NCBI GenBank assembly: GCA_049322655.1
Contig: JBMORP010000002.1
Coordinates: 107,714-171,713, forward strand
DNA from: Patescibacteria group bacterium
GTDB lineage: Bacteria > Patescibacteriota > Microgenomatia > UBA1400 > PJMF01
Length of the DNA stretch: 64,000 nt
Reading direction: 5' to 3'
Under the pieces are notes generated by a model. That model saw only the letters and a program-made list of their open reading frames with translations. It was not told the DNA's origin and did no database searches. Of the stretch, positions 62,519 through 64,000 are shown in pieces (the stretch's first letter is position 1; every line of letters begins with the position of its first letter). A program made the translations under genes and the position numbers.

Positions 62519-63200
62519 AAAAGTTTTGACCTTCATCTTCACTATAACTTTAACCATAATAGTAGGAGCTCTTTCTGTCGTGACAAGGCCACTAACACCA
62601 GTCTTAGCCCAAGCAGAAGAGGTCGATCCAACGGACCCTGCTATCCAAAACATAAAAGAAAAGTATTTGAACAAAGACAAAATAGATAAAGTGCTTGGTG
62701 ATATCTCTACCCAAAGAAGAGGTTTTGTTGGCCAAATTTCCCGCGTTTCTGAAACAACCTTTACCCTCAATGTTAATGGCATAACTAGAATAGTTCCCTT
62801 CGATGAAAATGTGCAATTAATCAAAAACAACCAACCAATTAAAGCAGAAAGTGTCTCTGTCGACGACTGGGCCTTAGTGTTAGGCTTTTTGGAAGATGAC
62901 TCCATTAATCCAAAAAAGATCGAGATTTCTAGTGGCTCACCTTTACCAAAGCCTATTTTTGTTGGTCTAGGTTCACTAAAAAACATCAAAAGTAAATCTA
63001 TCGATTTTCAACCACGCACTGGAGAGCAAATTGAAACTGTAATCATTAATAACCAAACCAAGATAGAAGATTATGAGGGTGAAGAAACAGCTTTTGCACA
63101 ATTGATTGAAGAAGACCAAGTATTAATCGTGGGCTATAAAAATGATGATGATACTTATGCCACTACCATTAGAGCTTTAGCCCCATTAGCTAAAGAGTAA
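62487..63200 (+). CDS. hypothetical secreted protein
   Basis: N-terminal TM/signal peptide. Confidence 0.4.
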   Translation: MTLLKRKTMNKKVLTFIFTITLTIIVGALSVVTRPLTPVLAQAEEVDPTDPAIQNIKEKYLNKDKIDKVLGDISTQRRGFVGQISRVSETTFTLNVNGITRIVPFDENVQLIKNNQPIKAESVSVDDWALVLGFLEDDSINPKKIEISSGSPLPKPIFVGLGSLKNIKSKSIDFQPRTGEQIETVIINNQTKIEDYEGEETAFAQLIEEDQVLIVGYKNDDDTYATTIRALAPLAKE

Positions 63201-63201
63201 T

Positions 63202-64000
63202 ATGAGTCAGGCTACTCACTTTTATGCTCAACGGCTAAAAGTGGTTCAACAAAAAATAAAAGCCAATGAGGCTTACTTAGTTTCTAAAGCTACAGACATC
63301 ACCCATTTTACTGGTTTTCCTCAATTAGTACCTGAAGAAAGAGAAGCGCTACTCCTAGTTACTTCTAATAAAGCTTTTCTTTTCCACCACAACTTCAGTC
63401 CAACTTTGAGCAACTTTTCAGAATTAAACTATATTCCCCAAACAAACTTGAAAAAAATCGAGACTGTCTGTCAGCAAGAACAAATTAAGCAATTGTGGAT
63501 CGATGAGAAGACTTTAGTTGCGGAAGAATTTAGTTTTTTTAGACAAATTTATAATCAAGAAAACCTAAAAACTTTACCCCACAACTTAATTTGGCAATTA
63601 AGATTAACCAAAGATGAACTAGCTTTAAACAACCAACGTCAAGCTGGTCAAATCATTGCTCAAGTGTTTACTCTGATTCCTGCTTGGCTAAATACCAGCC
63701 TAACTGAGAAACAACTGGCCGGTAAAATTATTGGTCAAATGATGGAATTAGGAGCAGAAACAGTGGCTTTTCCCACTATTGTGGCTTTTGGTGGCAACGG
63801 AGCTCTTCCCCACCATCAACCAACCGATCAAAAACTGGAAAAGAATCAAGCAGTACTGATTGATGCCGGAGCCAAATTTAACGGCTATCGGTCTGATATG
63901 ACCAGAACTTTTTGGTTTGGTGACCAACCAAGTCAAGAATTTTTAAATATTGAAACCATTGTCAAACAAGCTTACCAACAAGCAGTTACTTTAATTGCAA
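63202..64000 (+). CDS. M24-family Xaa-Pro aminopeptidase, 3'-truncated by the window end
   Basis: AFPTIVAFGGNGALPHHQPTDQKL...VLIDAGAKFNGYRSDMTRTF, the pita-bread-fold metal ligand region. No stop codon before the window end. Confidence 0.7.
   Translation, partial: MSQATHFYAQRLKVVQQKIKANEAYLVSKATDITHFTGFPQLVPEEREALLLVTSNKAFLFHHNFSPTLSNFSELNYIPQTNLKKIETVCQQEQIKQLWIDEKTLVAEEFSFFRQIYNQENLKTLPHNLIWQLRLTKDELALNNQRQAGQIIAQVFTLIPAWLNTSLTEKQLAGKIIGQMMELGAETVAFPTIVAFGGNGALPHHQPTDQKLEKNQAVLIDAGAKFNGYRSDMTRTFWFGDQPSQEFLNIETIVKQAYQQAVTLIA

Overview
This 64-kb window is low-GC (about 37%), gene-dense, and uses the standard genetic code. Its content (short housekeeping proteins, a secretin-less type IV pilus system, relics of deleted lipid-synthesis genes) fits a reduced-genome, CPR/Patescibacteria-like bacterium; that placement is inference from the sequence. 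Most of the window is ordinary housekeeping: gap (partial), tig, infC-rpmI-rplT-pheS-pheT, a class A PBP, tyrS, recG, rpsP, rnc, nusB, rpmF, holB, gyrB, gyrA, xer, yebC, rpsB-tsf, folD, nfo, glyA, lspA-lgt, dnaB and three tRNAs (Val-GAC, Ala-GGC, Leu-CAA). The most notable part is a type IV pilus (T4P) system in two loci: a pilX-like gene with pilM-pilN-pilO at 16.6-19.9 kb, and a large convergent cluster at 22.6-37.6 kb. The minus-strand arm of that cluster runs pilB-pilT-pilC-major pilin-pilD, then a Cys-rich hypothetical protein and four prepilin-like genes. It meets a plus-strand operon encoding a lipoprotein, a small membrane protein, two large tandem paralogous secreted proteins (one with a Cys-rich, Pro/Thr-linked N-terminal extension) and a fifth prepilin-like gene. 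The paralogs have no family I can recognise and are the best candidate for a previously undescribed pilus-associated adhesin or tip module. Other points worth a second look: (1) a 1.8-kb AT-rich gene-free region (46.3-48.1 kb) beside tRNA-Ala and a tyrosine recombinase, with converging gene orientation; (2) a recurrent motif TTAGCCTGG at two promoters and several times in that region; (3) a classical-looking pheST attenuator (FFF leader peptide plus antiterminator/terminator) between rplT and pheS; (4) a promoter followed immediately by a terminator hairpin in front of the pilus-associated operon; (5) a duplicated tRNA-Val 3' end; (6) a relic fab cluster with an ACP lacking its phosphopantetheine serine. 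No CRISPR array, rRNA or transposase is present.
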